Shown here in pieces: positions 21,142-31,458 of a DNA stretch of 64,000 nucleotides. The notes below the pieces were generated by a model. It was not told the DNA's origin. It did not search any database and was given only the letters and a program-made list of their open reading frames with translations. Every line of letters begins with the position of its first letter. Positions within the stretch are counted from its first letter, which is position 1. This stretch comes from Bernardetia sp. ABR2-2B (lineage in GTDB: Bacteria; Bacteroidota; Bacteroidia; Cytophagales; Bernardetiaceae): NCBI RefSeq assembly GCF_037126435.1, contig NZ_CP147020.1, positions 1,715,293 to 1,779,292 on the forward strand. The letters are read 5' to 3'. The position numbers were made by a program, and so were the translations under genes.

Positions 21142-24100
21142 ATGAGTTCTACCATCTGTTTTTTTTATAATTTTTTCTCTATTCGTAATTTCTTTGCGTC
21201 ATTTTTTTGTGCGTTTCTATTCTTTTTTGTTCTTGTGGATAAACTACAAGCACAAGCTATTCCGACAACAGAACATTATAGTATCTATGATTATCATGCC
21301 CACCCTCAAAACTGGTCTGTTGTTCAAGATGATATTGGTAGAATCTATGTAGCAAATACAAAAGGAATTTTGGAATATGATGGAAATAGCTGGACACTTA
21401 TCGAATTACCTAATTTGGCAAGTGTAACAGCACTCACAAAAGGAAAAGATGGGAAAATTTATGTCGGAGCGACATCAGAAATAGGCTATTTAGATTCAGA
21501 TTCAATAGGAAACAAAACTTACGTTTCTCTATTAGATAAAATGAATGAACAAGACAAAAAATTCTCTACAATTTGGAAAGCATTTTCTACTTCAGATGGT
21601 ATTGTATTTCAGTCTTTTGAAAAGGTTTTTTGGTATAAAAACGAAAAAATTAAAGTTATTGCTCCTAATTCGGCTTTTCATTTAGCTTTTCAGATTAAAG
21701 GAAAAGACAATGAAAATAGTGAATTATTTGTTAGAGAATGGGGAAAGGGATTGCATAGCCTTACTTCAAAAGGCTTAGAGTTTATTGCAGGAAGTGAAAT
21801 TTTTGCAGACGAAAAAATCTATTCTATTCTCCCTAAAAAAACAGCTCATTATTTTGTTGTAACCGAGCAGAAAGGAATTTATACTTATAATAAAAACACA
21901 GGTTTTTTACCTTTTCCTACTTCGGCAGATTCTCTTTTAAAATCAAGTCAAGTATATTGTGGAACTTCACTTGCTGATGGAAGCTATGCGCTAGGTACAC
22001 GCCTAGCAGGAATTTTGATTTTTGATTCCAATTTTCAGTTTCTTTATAAAATATCTTCAAAAAATGGTTTGAAAGATGATAGAGTAGCCTATCTATATCA
22101 AGATTCTAATAAGCAACTTTGGGCTGCCCTTAGCAACGGAATCGCTTATATTGATGTTGCTTCGTCCTTCCGTTATTTTGATAAAAATACTGACATAAAC
22201 AGAAATATTTTGAGTATTTCTCCTCCTTTCAATCAAAGTATTTATATCGGAACCGTACAAGGAATATTCAAATCAAATGCTGACAAAGCAGAAACAATAA
22301 AAGAATTTCAACTCTTGCCCTATTCAGAACGAGAAACTTGGAAGCTTGATGTATATAAAGATATACTTTTGGGAGCGCAAAACCCTGGTATTGCGTGGAT
22401 AGGAGAACGAGGTGTAGAAGAGCTTCTAGCTGCCAGTAACCCATTTATTCAAGATTTTGCATTAGTGAAAAACGATACTTCTCACTTAATTGCAGCTTCT
22501 ATTGAAGGTCTTTTACTTTTGAGGTGGCAAAACAATCATTGGATTTTTGTAGATAAAATTAAGGGTTTTTCAGGTGCAGCTACCAAAATCATTCAAGATG
22601 AGAACAACGACTTTTGGGTAAGTGATTATAACAGAGGAATTTTTAGACTTCAATTAGGTACAGACTTACTAACTGTTACACATTCTGAATTTTTTGGAGA
22701 GCTTAATGGACTTCCCAAAAATCAAGGAAATCATGTCTTTCAGCTTGATGAAAAAGCTATTTTTGGTACTTTAGAAGGAATTTATGGGTTTAGTGAAAAT
22801 ACATTTTCGCCACATCCTGTTTTTGAAAACTTGATAGAAAAAAGAGCCATTACCATTTTTGAGAAAGATAAAAAAGATAATCTGTGGATAGTAACTCAAA
22901 ATGAACAAAATAAATTTAGTAGTTCTCAAACGCTACTTGTTCAACTCAAAAAAACAGATTCTACCTACCAAAGATATGATGCTCCTTTTTATAAAATAAA
23001 GCAAATCATTCAGGCAGTTCGTCCAGTTGATGAAAATCTAGTTTTGATTGGTACAAATGAAGGACTAATTTCGTACAACCCTCTTAATACGATTGCAGAC
23101 AAACAGCCATTTTCTGCTTTTATTACGCAGATAGAGCATAGTGGTTCAAGAGATTCTTTACTTTTCTCTACTGATTTTATTCTTAATCAAGAAAATAATA
23201 AACAGAATAATTTGTCAGAAACTAAACCTGTAAAATTACCTTATGCACTTAATTCGCTACGTTTTAGTTTTGGAAGTTCATTTTTTGAGCAACGTAGTGA
23301 AGTCTATTATCAAACTAAATTAGAACCCTTAGACAAAGGCTTATCTAATTGGACAAACGATAACAACTGGTCATCTTGGACAACCGAAACACAAGATAAG
23401 TTTACCAATCTTTCAGAGGGAGACTATATGTTTCGTCTTAGAGCAAAAAATCTATATGGTGTAGAAAGCAAAGAAGTTACTTTCAGATTTACTATCAAAA
23501 CGCCTTGGTTTAGACACCCTTTATTTTATCTTTTTATTGTTCTTGTTCTTGGGTTTTTAGTTCAATATGGAGTAAAAATTTACACCAAACGACTAAAATC
23601 TGAAAAAAACCTTTTAGAAAATACTGTTAGAGAGCGTACTGAAGATATGCGTCAAGCGTATTTTAATACTCGTGTTTTGAGTAAACTAGGACAGGAAATT
23701 ACCTCTACTCGTTCGATTGATGAAATTACAGATATGATTTATCAACATGTCAGTAAATTAATGGATGCTTCTGTTTTTGCTATCGGTATTCATAATGAAG
23801 AAAATGAAACGCTAGAATTTCCTGTGGCAATAGAAAATGGCGAAAAACTACCTTTTCACTTCGAAAATTTGGATGATACAGGGCGTTTTGCTGTATGGTG
23901 TTTTTTAAATGAACAAGACCTTTTCATAAATGATAGTGAAGTGGATTATGAACTTTATATGTCGCATCGTCCAAAAACAACTGTTGGAAAAGCTGCTCCT
24001 TCACTTATTTATCTTCCTCTCAAAATCAAGAAAAAAGTAATTGGAGTAATTACAGTACAGAGTTTTGAGAAAAATGCCTATAATGATTACCATCTCAATT

Positions 24101-24957
24101 TATTACGTAGTTTGGCTGTTTATACAGGAATTGCGATTGAAAATGCAAACTCTTATCATCAAATTAATGAACAAAAAGATATTATTCAAGATAAAAACAA
24201 GCAGCTTATTTCAAGTATCAATTATGCAAAACGTATTCAGAATGCTATTCTTCCACCTTTAGAAACAATTCAAGAAGAGTTTGAAGATACTTTTGTTTTA
24301 TTTTTGCCTCGTGATATTGTAAGTGGGGATTTTTATTATTTCAATAAAATAAATGGAAAATCTATCATTAGTGCTATCGATTGTACAGGTCATGGCGTTC
24401 CAGGGGCATTTATGTCTATGATAGGTTATGAGCTTTTGAATGAAATTATTTTAGCTAAACATATTACAAACCCTGCCAAAATATTAGATGCTCTGCATGA
24501 AGGAATTTCTAAGGGATTACGTCAAGAACAAACCTTTACACAAGATGGAATGGACATGACACTTTGTACGTGGGACGAAAAAACAAAGGTTTTGGAAGTG
24601 GCTGCTGCAAGAAATCAATTATATCTGTTCAATTCGGAAGATAAAGAGAGATTTTTTGAATTAGGAGCTGATAGGCAATCCATAGGAGGAAAAATGAATG
24701 AGGATTTTGAGTTCAAATCACATCAAGTTCAGATTCAAAAAAACGATACTATTTATTTACTTACCGATGGTTATCAAGACCAATTTGGAGGGCTGCAAGA
24801 TAGAAAATACTTACGTCGTCGTTTGAGAGAGTTTTTACAAAACAACCAGCATCTTTCTATGACTCAACAGCGCAGAGCCTTACAGAGAGAACTCACAGAA
24901 TGGAAAGGTAATGCTGAACAAGTAGATGATATTTTGATTATCGGCATTCGATTTTAA
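21142..24957 (+). CDS. sensor protein: periplasmic two-component-regulator propeller + Y_Y_Y domain, TM helix, GAF, C-terminal PP2C/SpoIIE-type Ser/Thr phosphatase
   Basis: Signal peptide, long beta-propeller repeat region, Y_Y_Y-like segment (GDYMFRLRAKNLYG), a TM helix, a GAF domain, then PP2C motifs (SGDFYYF, DCTGHGVPGAFMS, LLTDGYQDQFGG). Confidence 0.8.
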   Translation: MSSTICFFYNFFSIRNFFASFFCAFLFFFVLVDKLQAQAIPTTEHYSIYDYHAHPQNWSVVQDDIGRIYVANTKGILEYDGNSWTLIELPNLASVTALTKGKDGKIYVGATSEIGYLDSDSIGNKTYVSLLDKMNEQDKKFSTIWKAFSTSDGIVFQSFEKVFWYKNEKIKVIAPNSAFHLAFQIKGKDNENSELFVREWGKGLHSLTSKGLEFIAGSEIFADEKIYSILPKKTAHYFVVTEQKGIYTYNKNTGFLPFPTSADSLLKSSQVYCGTSLADGSYALGTRLAGILIFDSNFQFLYKISSKNGLKDDRVAYLYQDSNKQLWAALSNGIAYIDVASSFRYFDKNTDINRNILSISPPFNQSIYIGTVQGIFKSNADKAETIKEFQLLPYSERETWKLDVYKDILLGAQNPGIAWIGERGVEELLAASNPFIQDFALVKNDTSHLIAASIEGLLLLRWQNNHWIFVDKIKGFSGAATKIIQDENNDFWVSDYNRGIFRLQLGTDLLTVTHSEFFGELNGLPKNQGNHVFQLDEKAIFGTLEGIYGFSENTFSPHPVFENLIEKRAITIFEKDKKDNLWIVTQNEQNKFSSSQTLLVQLKKTDSTYQRYDAPFYKIKQIIQAVRPVDENLVLIGTNEGLISYNPLNTIADKQPFSAFITQIEHSGSRDSLLFSTDFILNQENNKQNNLSETKPVKLPYALNSLRFSFGSSFFEQRSEVYYQTKLEPLDKGLSNWTNDNNWSSWTTETQDKFTNLSEGDYMFRLRAKNLYGVESKEVTFRFTIKTPWFRHPLFYLFIVLVLGFLVQYGVKIYTKRLKSEKNLLENTVRERTEDMRQAYFNTRVLSKLGQEITSTRSIDEITDMIYQHVSKLMDASVFAIGIHNEENETLEFPVAIENGEKLPFHFENLDDTGRFAVWCFLNEQDLFINDSEVDYELYMSHRPKTTVGKAAPSLIYLPLKIKKKVIGVITVQSFEKNAYNDYHLNLLRSLAVYTGIAIENANSYHQINEQKDIIQDKNKQLISSINYAKRIQNAILPPLETIQEEFEDTFVLFLPRDIVSGDFYYFNKINGKSIISAIDCTGHGVPGAFMSMIGYELLNEIILAKHITNPAKILDALHEGISKGLRQEQTFTQDGMDMTLCTWDEKTKVLEVAAARNQLYLFNSEDKERFFELGADRQSIGGKMNEDFEFKSHQVQIQKNDTIYLLTDGYQDQFGGLQDRKYLRRRLREFLQNNQHLSMTQQRRALQRELTEWKGNAEQVDDILIIGIRF

Positions 24958-24984
24958 TAGTATTCTAGTTTTCTTAAAAATCAA

Positions 24985-25015
24985 AAAGCCTTTTCAAATA
25001 AGTGAAAAGGCTTTC
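24985..25015. terminator. bidirectional hairpin terminator
   Basis: aaaagccttttc / gaaaaggcttt stem with T-runs on both sides, between convergent genes. Confidence 0.6.
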
Positions 25016-25053
25016 TTCTTTAAAAATATCTACTTTTTTCTACTTTCAGTAAT

Positions 25054-25764
25054 TTATGAAATAGAACTCTCATCAAGCTCAACTAATTTGAAACCTGTGC
25101 CATGAACATTCAAAATTTTGAGATGAGCATCTGCACGAAGATATTTACGTAATTTTGTTACATAAACATCCATACTACGAGCATTGAAGTAATTATCATC
25201 GCCCCAAATTTCGTTTAAAGCTTTTGAACGCTCTAACGTTTGATTTTTATTTTCACAAAGCATACGTAAAAGTTCAGTTTCTTTCGAAGTGAGTTTTGTA
25301 TCCTCTCCTTCATTATTTTTCAAAAGCTGTGCGTCATAATCAAAAAGAAGCTCACCAATATTGAATTTACGAAGTGCAGGAGAGCTATCTGTAACGATAG
25401 TACGACGCAAAATTGCCTGTACACGAAGAAGAAGCTCTTCCATCGAAAAAGGCTTTGTCATATAATCGTCTGCTCCAATTTGAAGTCCTTCAATACGGTC
25501 TTCCTTCATTCCTTTTGCTGTCAAGAATACAATAGGAGTATGCTTATCTATTTTTCTGATTTCTTTAGCTGCCGTAAAGCCATCTATATTTGGCATCATA
25601 ACATCTAAGATACAAATATCAAAAACGTTATCTTCTTTAAAAAAGGCATCTAATGCTTCTTTTCCATCTCTGGCAAGTGTAACACCAAATCCTTTGATTT
25701 CTAAATACTCACTTAAAATTTGACCTAAATTGTGGTCGTCTTCGGCTAACAATATATTGTGCAT
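25054..25764 (-). CDS. OmpR-family response regulator transcription factor (orphan)
   Basis: Receiver domain (LLAEDD ... ILDVMMPNIDG ... TAKG) plus a C-terminal winged helix (ELLLRVQAILRR ... VYVTKLRKYL). Confidence 0.85.
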   Translation of the reverse strand: MHNILLAEDDHNLGQILSEYLEIKGFGVTLARDGKEALDAFFKEDNVFDICILDVMMPNIDGFTAAKEIRKIDKHTPIVFLTAKGMKEDRIEGLQIGADDYMTKPFSMEELLLRVQAILRRTIVTDSSPALRKFNIGELLFDYDAQLLKNNEGEDTKLTSKETELLRMLCENKNQTLERSKALNEIWGDDNYFNARSMDVYVTKLRKYLRADAHLKILNVHGTGFKLVELDESSIS

Positions 25765-25947
25765 AAATGTAATTTTAGGGTTTTAATGATATTGATTTAA
25801 CATTTAAACGAGAGAAATGTTAAAATCGCTGCATTTTTAGTGTTAAAAATCCTTAGAAGTCATTTGAATGTTCTATAATAAGTGTGAATAGAGAGAGATG
25901 TTACTCATTTAATGGCAAACAATAGGTTTATTTTTAATGCTCATTTA

Positions 25948-26772
25948 TTAAAACCTAAATTCTGATTTTGTATTATTAAGTTCTTCTATTTCTTTATCGC
26001 CTTTGAATTTATCAAGATAGTTGCTACCATCAGCAGGTAAGTCATTCGGATTATAGCCTAACAAGAATAGTTTTTTATCAGCTAATTTTTGAGCCACTTT
26101 ACGGAGTTCGTAGCCTATATATTCTGAGTCATTATTTGTCTTTTCTATGGCGTATTCTTTTAATTCACTCTCAAAACTACGAACATATTTTATGGCAGCA
26201 ATATAATCTTCCTTCGTAATTTCAAGCATTGGTTTTAGCTTAGGCAAAGTATTTTTCTTATACTCTCCTGAAAATAAAATTTCTTGATTTATATTTTGGA
26301 ACTTAGCTTCTTGCATTGCTTTTTTTGCTTCCTCAATCGTTTCGAAGCCTTTTTGCTTAGGAGTAAAAACTGTTTTCATTCCCTTTACTTCCGTCGTGCT
26401 AAATAAGAAAGAATTGTATTGAGCTTTTCCATCTCTTTGTCTTTCCATAACTAAAAGAATAGCGTCTTTACCTTCATCGTTTTTTACAAAACTTTTTTCT
26501 ATGACTTTGATGGTATCTTTGGTTTCCCATTTACCTATTTTTTCTTTTATATCTTGTGGGGTATTTTCAGTTACTTCTGTGTCTTGACTATAAGGCATTC
26601 TTTGAGGAATGAATGATTTCTGATTTATCAATACTCTAACATTTCCATCAGGTTTTTTGGGATACCAAGTCCCTATAATGTCATTTTCATTGCTATTTAT
26701 TTTGGAAGAAGTACAAGAAAAAAAGCTGAATAAGAAAATAACAAGTAGAAATGAGAAAATACGATGTTTCAT
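25948..26772 (-). CDS. hypothetical lipoprotein (paralog pair member)
   Basis: Signal peptide plus Cys lipobox; homologous to the downstream neighbour. Confidence 0.5.
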   Translation of the reverse strand: MKHRIFSFLLVIFLFSFFSCTSSKINSNENDIIGTWYPKKPDGNVRVLINQKSFIPQRMPYSQDTEVTENTPQDIKEKIGKWETKDTIKVIEKSFVKNDEGKDAILLVMERQRDGKAQYNSFLFSTTEVKGMKTVFTPKQKGFETIEEAKKAMQEAKFQNINQEILFSGEYKKNTLPKLKPMLEITKEDYIAAIKYVRSFESELKEYAIEKTNNDSEYIGYELRKVAQKLADKKLFLLGYNPNDLPADGSNYLDKFKGDKEIEELNNTKSEFRF

Positions 26773-26841
26773 AATTTGAGATGTTTTGATGTGTAGATTA
26801 TATAAGTTATTACAATAATATGCTTATAAAAAGCTCACTGC

Positions 26842-27588
26842 TTATTCTATGAAACTTCTGATTTGATTTTTGAGTTGCTTTACTTTCGCATCAGATTCAA
26901 AACTTTTCAATACAGTTGTTTTGTTTTTTGCATATCCATCATAGTCCATTAAAAACATTTTTTTTTCTATCAAATCTGTTACTCTTCCGTTCAGTAAAGA
27001 TACCTTACTCTCATCAAATTCTTCTAAATAATTAGCTTTTACAAACTCTTGTAGGTTATTTTTTAAACTAACAATATATTCTAAGATTTTTATATACTCT
27101 TCTTTTGTGAGTTCTGTTAGTGGTTTTGTATTCTCAAAATCATATTCTTCTGAAAAAAAAGGTTGTTCTACTACTACTCTAATTTTATCATTAGACAATG
27201 CTTCAAAAGCTTCTTTAGCTGTAAAGAAATTTCTTTGGACTTCATAAAGAGTAACTAAGCCTTTTACATCTGTATTATGAATTGTAATAGATTTGTATTT
27301 TGCTGTTTCTTTCTCTTCAAAAATAACTAAAGCAATTCCATTTTTAATAGCTTTATGTTCGACTATTTTTATAGTATCGATACCATTCCAAAAGTCATAT
27401 TCTAGTAAAGAGTCTTCTACAATAATATTGGTAAAATTATTATTAATGTTTAGCCTTTGTGTGCTCTTGCTCTTATCTGGATGAAAATAGAAGATTTTTT
27501 CGTACTTTTCTTTTGTAATGTTTTTTGAGGATTTACATGATGTTATACCAATAAGTAAGAAGAGAAATAGATACAATATATTTTTCAT
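26842..27588 (-). CDS. hypothetical lipoprotein (paralog pair member)
   Basis: Signal peptide LIGITSCKSS; shares the central TAKEAFEAL and C-terminal EEYIKILEYI-like segments with 25948..26772. Confidence 0.5.
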   Translation of the reverse strand: MKNILYLFLFLLIGITSCKSSKNITKEKYEKIFYFHPDKSKSTQRLNINNNFTNIIVEDSLLEYDFWNGIDTIKIVEHKAIKNGIALVIFEEKETAKYKSITIHNTDVKGLVTLYEVQRNFFTAKEAFEALSNDKIRVVVEQPFFSEEYDFENTKPLTELTKEEYIKILEYIVSLKNNLQEFVKANYLEEFDESKVSLLNGRVTDLIEKKMFLMDYDGYAKNKTTVLKSFESDAKVKQLKNQIRSFIE

Positions 27589-27665
27589 AAAAGAAATTTA
27601 TTTATAAAAAAACGCCTTATTTTCTTTAAAAAAGGCGTTTTATATATTTTTTAATTTTTAAACAG

Positions 27666-29294
27666 TTAATCTACATTATCATGTAAAAAACGATTTCCTC
27701 CCAAAAGCTCATTATCTTCATCTACTTTATAACGAGAACTAGAAGATTCTGACGAATGAGGCATTTCTTTTAGTTTTACATTTCTACGAAGATAAGCAGG
27801 AACATCTCTACGTTCTTGTAATTCTTCATCACTCAAATCAGAAAGACTTTTTGTTGGAACAGAAACAGGTTTTACTTGTTCTACTCTTTTCTCTACAACT
27901 TGATTTTGAGTAACTGTATTTTGTGAAGAAGTAGAAGTTACATTTTGATGACTTGTATTCTGCTGACTATTAGAGCTTTGAGAATGCTGATTCATATAAC
28001 CATAAGCACTTACAGCTGGTGTATTTTGTGGTGCTTGATTAGTTATTTTTTTTTTTGAATCATCTTCATTAAAATAATCATCTTCTAAACTAAAGATTAC
28101 TTTATCTGTTTTTTTAGGCTCTGTATAAGCAGGTTTTGTTTCTTCAACAGGTTGCTTTTGAGCTTGTGTTTCTATTTGATTTGATTGAGTAGTTTCTTCA
28201 TTTTCTTTTTCCTCAAAGAAATCTTTTTTCTCATAATCCTTTACTTCAATTCTATTCTTAATTCTTTTATTGCTAGTAAGGTCAAAAACTTTGCGTTCTG
28301 GTCTTTCTGGTGGCAAATCTTCTGAATGCTCAAAACCAGTTGCAATAATAGTAACACTAATGCTGTCTCCGAGTGTTTCGTCAGTAGCTTGACCAAAGAT
28401 AATCTCTGCATCATCACCAGCTTGTTCTTGTACGTAATCTGTAACTTCTTCAAGTTCATCCATTTGAAACTCTTCTTCATTTCCAATAACAATAGAAAGC
28501 AAGATATATTTTGCTCCAAAAATATTGGTATTATTAAGAAGAGGAGAAGAAATAGCTCCTTCGGCTGCACGTCTTGCTCTGTTTTCGCCCTCGGCAGTAG
28601 ATGAACCCATAACGGCAGCACCTGCACCTTGCATAACAGTACGAACATCTTCAAAATCAACGTTTATTGTACCCGAAACAGTAATAATTTCAGCAATAGA
28701 TTTTGCACCTTTCAAGAGAACATTATCAGCTTGACGGAATGCCTCACGCATAGAAGCCTTTCCATAAACATCTCTCAAACGGTCGTTTAGGATTACCAAA
28801 ACTGTATCACAGTGTTCACGAAGCGCATTTACGCCTTCTTGCGCTCTTACTCGCTTAGGTCTTCCTTCGAAGCTAAATGGAGCAGTTACGATTCCGACAG
28901 TCAAGACACCTAGACTTTGAGCAATTTCGGCAATTACTGGAGCTGCACCTGTACCCGTACCACCACCCATTCCAGCAGTAATAAAAAGCATTTTGGTATT
29001 TTCTCCTAATATTGTTTTTATATCTTCTTTGCTTTCAAGAGCAGCACTTCTTCCACGTTCAGGGTTTGCTCCTGCACCTAGCCCTTGTGTAAGTGTTTTT
29101 CCTATCTGTACTTTGTTTGGAACAGGACTTAAATCAAGTGCTTGTATATCCGTATTACAGATATAAAAATCTACTCCTTTTATTCCATGCAAATACATAT
29201 GTGCAACAGCGTTGCCACCACCACCACCAACACCAATTACTTTGATGATTGAAGGTTCTGTTCCGAAATTATAATTTGTAACGTCTGACATCAT
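27666..29294 (-). CDS. ftsZ: cell division protein FtsZ
   Basis: GVGGGGGNAV and tubulin signature GGGTGTGAAPV, a long Q/S/T-rich linker and the C-terminal DVPAYLRR peptide. Confidence 0.95.
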   Translation of the reverse strand: MMSDVTNYNFGTEPSIIKVIGVGGGGGNAVAHMYLHGIKGVDFYICNTDIQALDLSPVPNKVQIGKTLTQGLGAGANPERGRSAALESKEDIKTILGENTKMLFITAGMGGGTGTGAAPVIAEIAQSLGVLTVGIVTAPFSFEGRPKRVRAQEGVNALREHCDTVLVILNDRLRDVYGKASMREAFRQADNVLLKGAKSIAEIITVSGTINVDFEDVRTVMQGAGAAVMGSSTAEGENRARRAAEGAISSPLLNNTNIFGAKYILLSIVIGNEEEFQMDELEEVTDYVQEQAGDDAEIIFGQATDETLGDSISVTIIATGFEHSEDLPPERPERKVFDLTSNKRIKNRIEVKDYEKKDFFEEKENEETTQSNQIETQAQKQPVEETKPAYTEPKKTDKVIFSLEDDYFNEDDSKKKITNQAPQNTPAVSAYGYMNQHSQSSNSQQNTSHQNVTSTSSQNTVTQNQVVEKRVEQVKPVSVPTKSLSDLSDEELQERRDVPAYLRRNVKLKEMPHSSESSSSRYKVDEDNELLGGNRFLHDNVD

Positions 29295-29775
29295 TGAATG
29301 ATTATTTCAAGGTTTTTGGTCTTGTATTTATATCTTAATTTCTACCAAAATTAATTTGCTCTAAAAAATGTGTATTTACATTTAGAATACAATATAAAAA
29401 TTATTTTGAATAGAATATTTGTAATCTTAAATTATTTTATAATTAACTCCTAAAATCTTACTTTAGTTTGTTAGTTTTGCGCTCGTTGTGATTTTTTTCA
29501 CAGCTTTTTTATTCTTTTGGCTTTACTTTGTTTCACTCATTCTTATACTTTTGAGTTAATCATGTACAAAGAAACAAAAATAGTTTGATTAAGCTACGAT
29601 AAGTTAAGCTAAATTATTTCAAATATGCAAAAAATAATTAAAAAATCTAAGAATTTGTGTATTTAATTTCAAAATACTGTGATTTTATATATTTCTACAT
29701 AAGAAAGGAATCGTTTTGAATTCGTTTTTGCTCCTGTGTGTCTGTATTATTTTGGCTGATTAAATCAAATAAACT

Positions 29776-30609
29776 ATGAAATCAATTACTTTTAGGAATT
29801 TAGTTTTGGGGTTTTATGTTAGCTTAGGGATTACTGTTTTTCCGTCATTTTATTATTCACTAGAATATTTAATAGACTTATTATGGTGGTTTTCTGAAAA
29901 TAGTCAGAATTTATTTACTGCCATTTTTTCTGTTTTGTTTTTTGTTTTAGTAGTAATTACAACTAGATTTAGACAAGGTTCTATTCTTTTTGGAATTTAT
30001 TTTGGTGGAATTTCTGCATTTTCTATTGCTGTTTTGGGAGTTAATAATGGAGATAAAGCTGTTTTTGGTATTATCCTTTTTAGTGTTTTATTACTTATAA
30101 TTTCATTGGCTTATCATCCTTCTTTCAAAACAAACAATGCTCCTACTATCAAAAATGAGACTATTTTAGATGATTTTGATACACAAGAAAAAGGATATAT
30201 AATCAGTAAAACAAGTTATTTTTTACGTATTAATCGTATTTTTTCTTTTGTTATTGTTTTGGCTGCTTTGGGGCTTATTTTCTTGGGAACATTTATGACA
30301 GGAGGACATATTTCAGAAGAAGAAGGTTTTGGCTTAATATTACTTTCTGTTCCTATTTTTATTATAGCTTTTCTAAATTGGAAGTTTCCAAAAGTATTTA
30401 GTTATTTGGTAGCTATCACGGTTTTTATTGGAGGAACATTTTTAGAATTAGCTATTCTTGAACAGATGTATCGTTCTTTATTTAAAAATGATTCTAGGTT
30501 TTTAATGGAGTTTTTCGTTATTGGACAGGTAGGCTTTGTTTTATCTTGTCTATTTTTAATCTTTATAGTTCTCTCCAAAACAGCCAAAGAAGAATGGAAA
30601 ATGAAATAA
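29776..30609 (+). CDS. polytopic membrane protein, tandem paralog 1 of 3
   Basis: N-terminus MKSITFRNLVLGFY, central YFLRINRIFSF, C-terminus SKTAKEEWKMK. Confidence 0.6.
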   Translation: MKSITFRNLVLGFYVSLGITVFPSFYYSLEYLIDLLWWFSENSQNLFTAIFSVLFFVLVVITTRFRQGSILFGIYFGGISAFSIAVLGVNNGDKAVFGIILFSVLLLIISLAYHPSFKTNNAPTIKNETILDDFDTQEKGYIISKTSYFLRINRIFSFVIVLAALGLIFLGTFMTGGHISEEEGFGLILLSVPIFIIAFLNWKFPKVFSYLVAITVFIGGTFLELAILEQMYRSLFKNDSRFLMEFFVIGQVGFVLSCLFLIFIVLSKTAKEEWKMK

Positions 30610-30612
30610 ACT

Positions 30613-31455
30613 ATGAAATCAATTACTTTTAGAAATTTAGTTTTGGGGTTTTACTTTTGTGTGGGATTTTCCTTGTTACTTCTTAATGAGAGGAGTTTTA
30701 TAACTCTTTGGAATACTTGGAATCAAAGTAAGATAGTAGCAGAAGATTTGATAATAAATAACAACAAATATGTCTTTTTAGTTACTTTACCTTTTTTTGT
30801 AGGTGTAGTATTATGCTTATTTTATAGAGAAACATGGATATTATGTGTAATTTATTATGTGTTTGCTGCTTCTGTCTATGTGTTACTTGATCCTTTTCAT
30901 TCTAATATGGATATTATTTTAAGTATGACAGGTATTTTTGTTATTTTATTTACTTTAATTTGTCTTGGAATGCACCCTCATTTTTCTGAGTTCTCTTTCT
31001 CAAAAAAGGATAGTAATATTATTTTAGATGAATTTGAAATTAGTGCAAAAACCAAAGAAAGTAAATCCTATTTTTTACGTATTCATAGAGTTTTTTCATT
31101 GGCTTTTATGATTATAACCATAACAGCTATTATTTCTTCTATTGATGCAAATCTTAATCATTACAAAGATATAAGTTTAATATTTTTGCTTTTTGGTTTT
31201 GTCATTCTCATATTTACTGTTGTTCTGTGGAACTTTCCTAAAGTTGCCAGTTGGATTATAGCTTTAACTTTAATAGTAGCTTTTATAGCAATAGAGTTTT
31301 TTGTATGTACTGACCTATTGAATGAAGACTATACAAATTATCGTATAATGAGTTGGTTAGAATCGACTTCTATTATAGGTTTAGCTTTTATACCTCTGTT
31401 TATCGCTTTAATACTTATTTCAAAAACAGCCAAAGAAGAATGGAAAATGAAATAA
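30613..31455 (+). CDS. polytopic membrane protein, tandem paralog 2 of 3
   Basis: Same N-terminal, central and C-terminal motifs; only 3 bp from the previous stop. Confidence 0.6.
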   Translation: MKSITFRNLVLGFYFCVGFSLLLLNERSFITLWNTWNQSKIVAEDLIINNNKYVFLVTLPFFVGVVLCLFYRETWILCVIYYVFAASVYVLLDPFHSNMDIILSMTGIFVILFTLICLGMHPHFSEFSFSKKDSNIILDEFEISAKTKESKSYFLRIHRVFSLAFMIITITAIISSIDANLNHYKDISLIFLLFGFVILIFTVVLWNFPKVASWIIALTLIVAFIAIEFFVCTDLLNEDYTNYRIMSWLESTSIIGLAFIPLFIALILISKTAKEEWKMK

Positions 31456-31458
31456 ACT

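Noticed and set aside
28241-28734. ORFs of 139, 92 and 69 aa overlapping ftsZ
   Set aside because: Embedded in or antisense to a highly conserved gene, with no motifs
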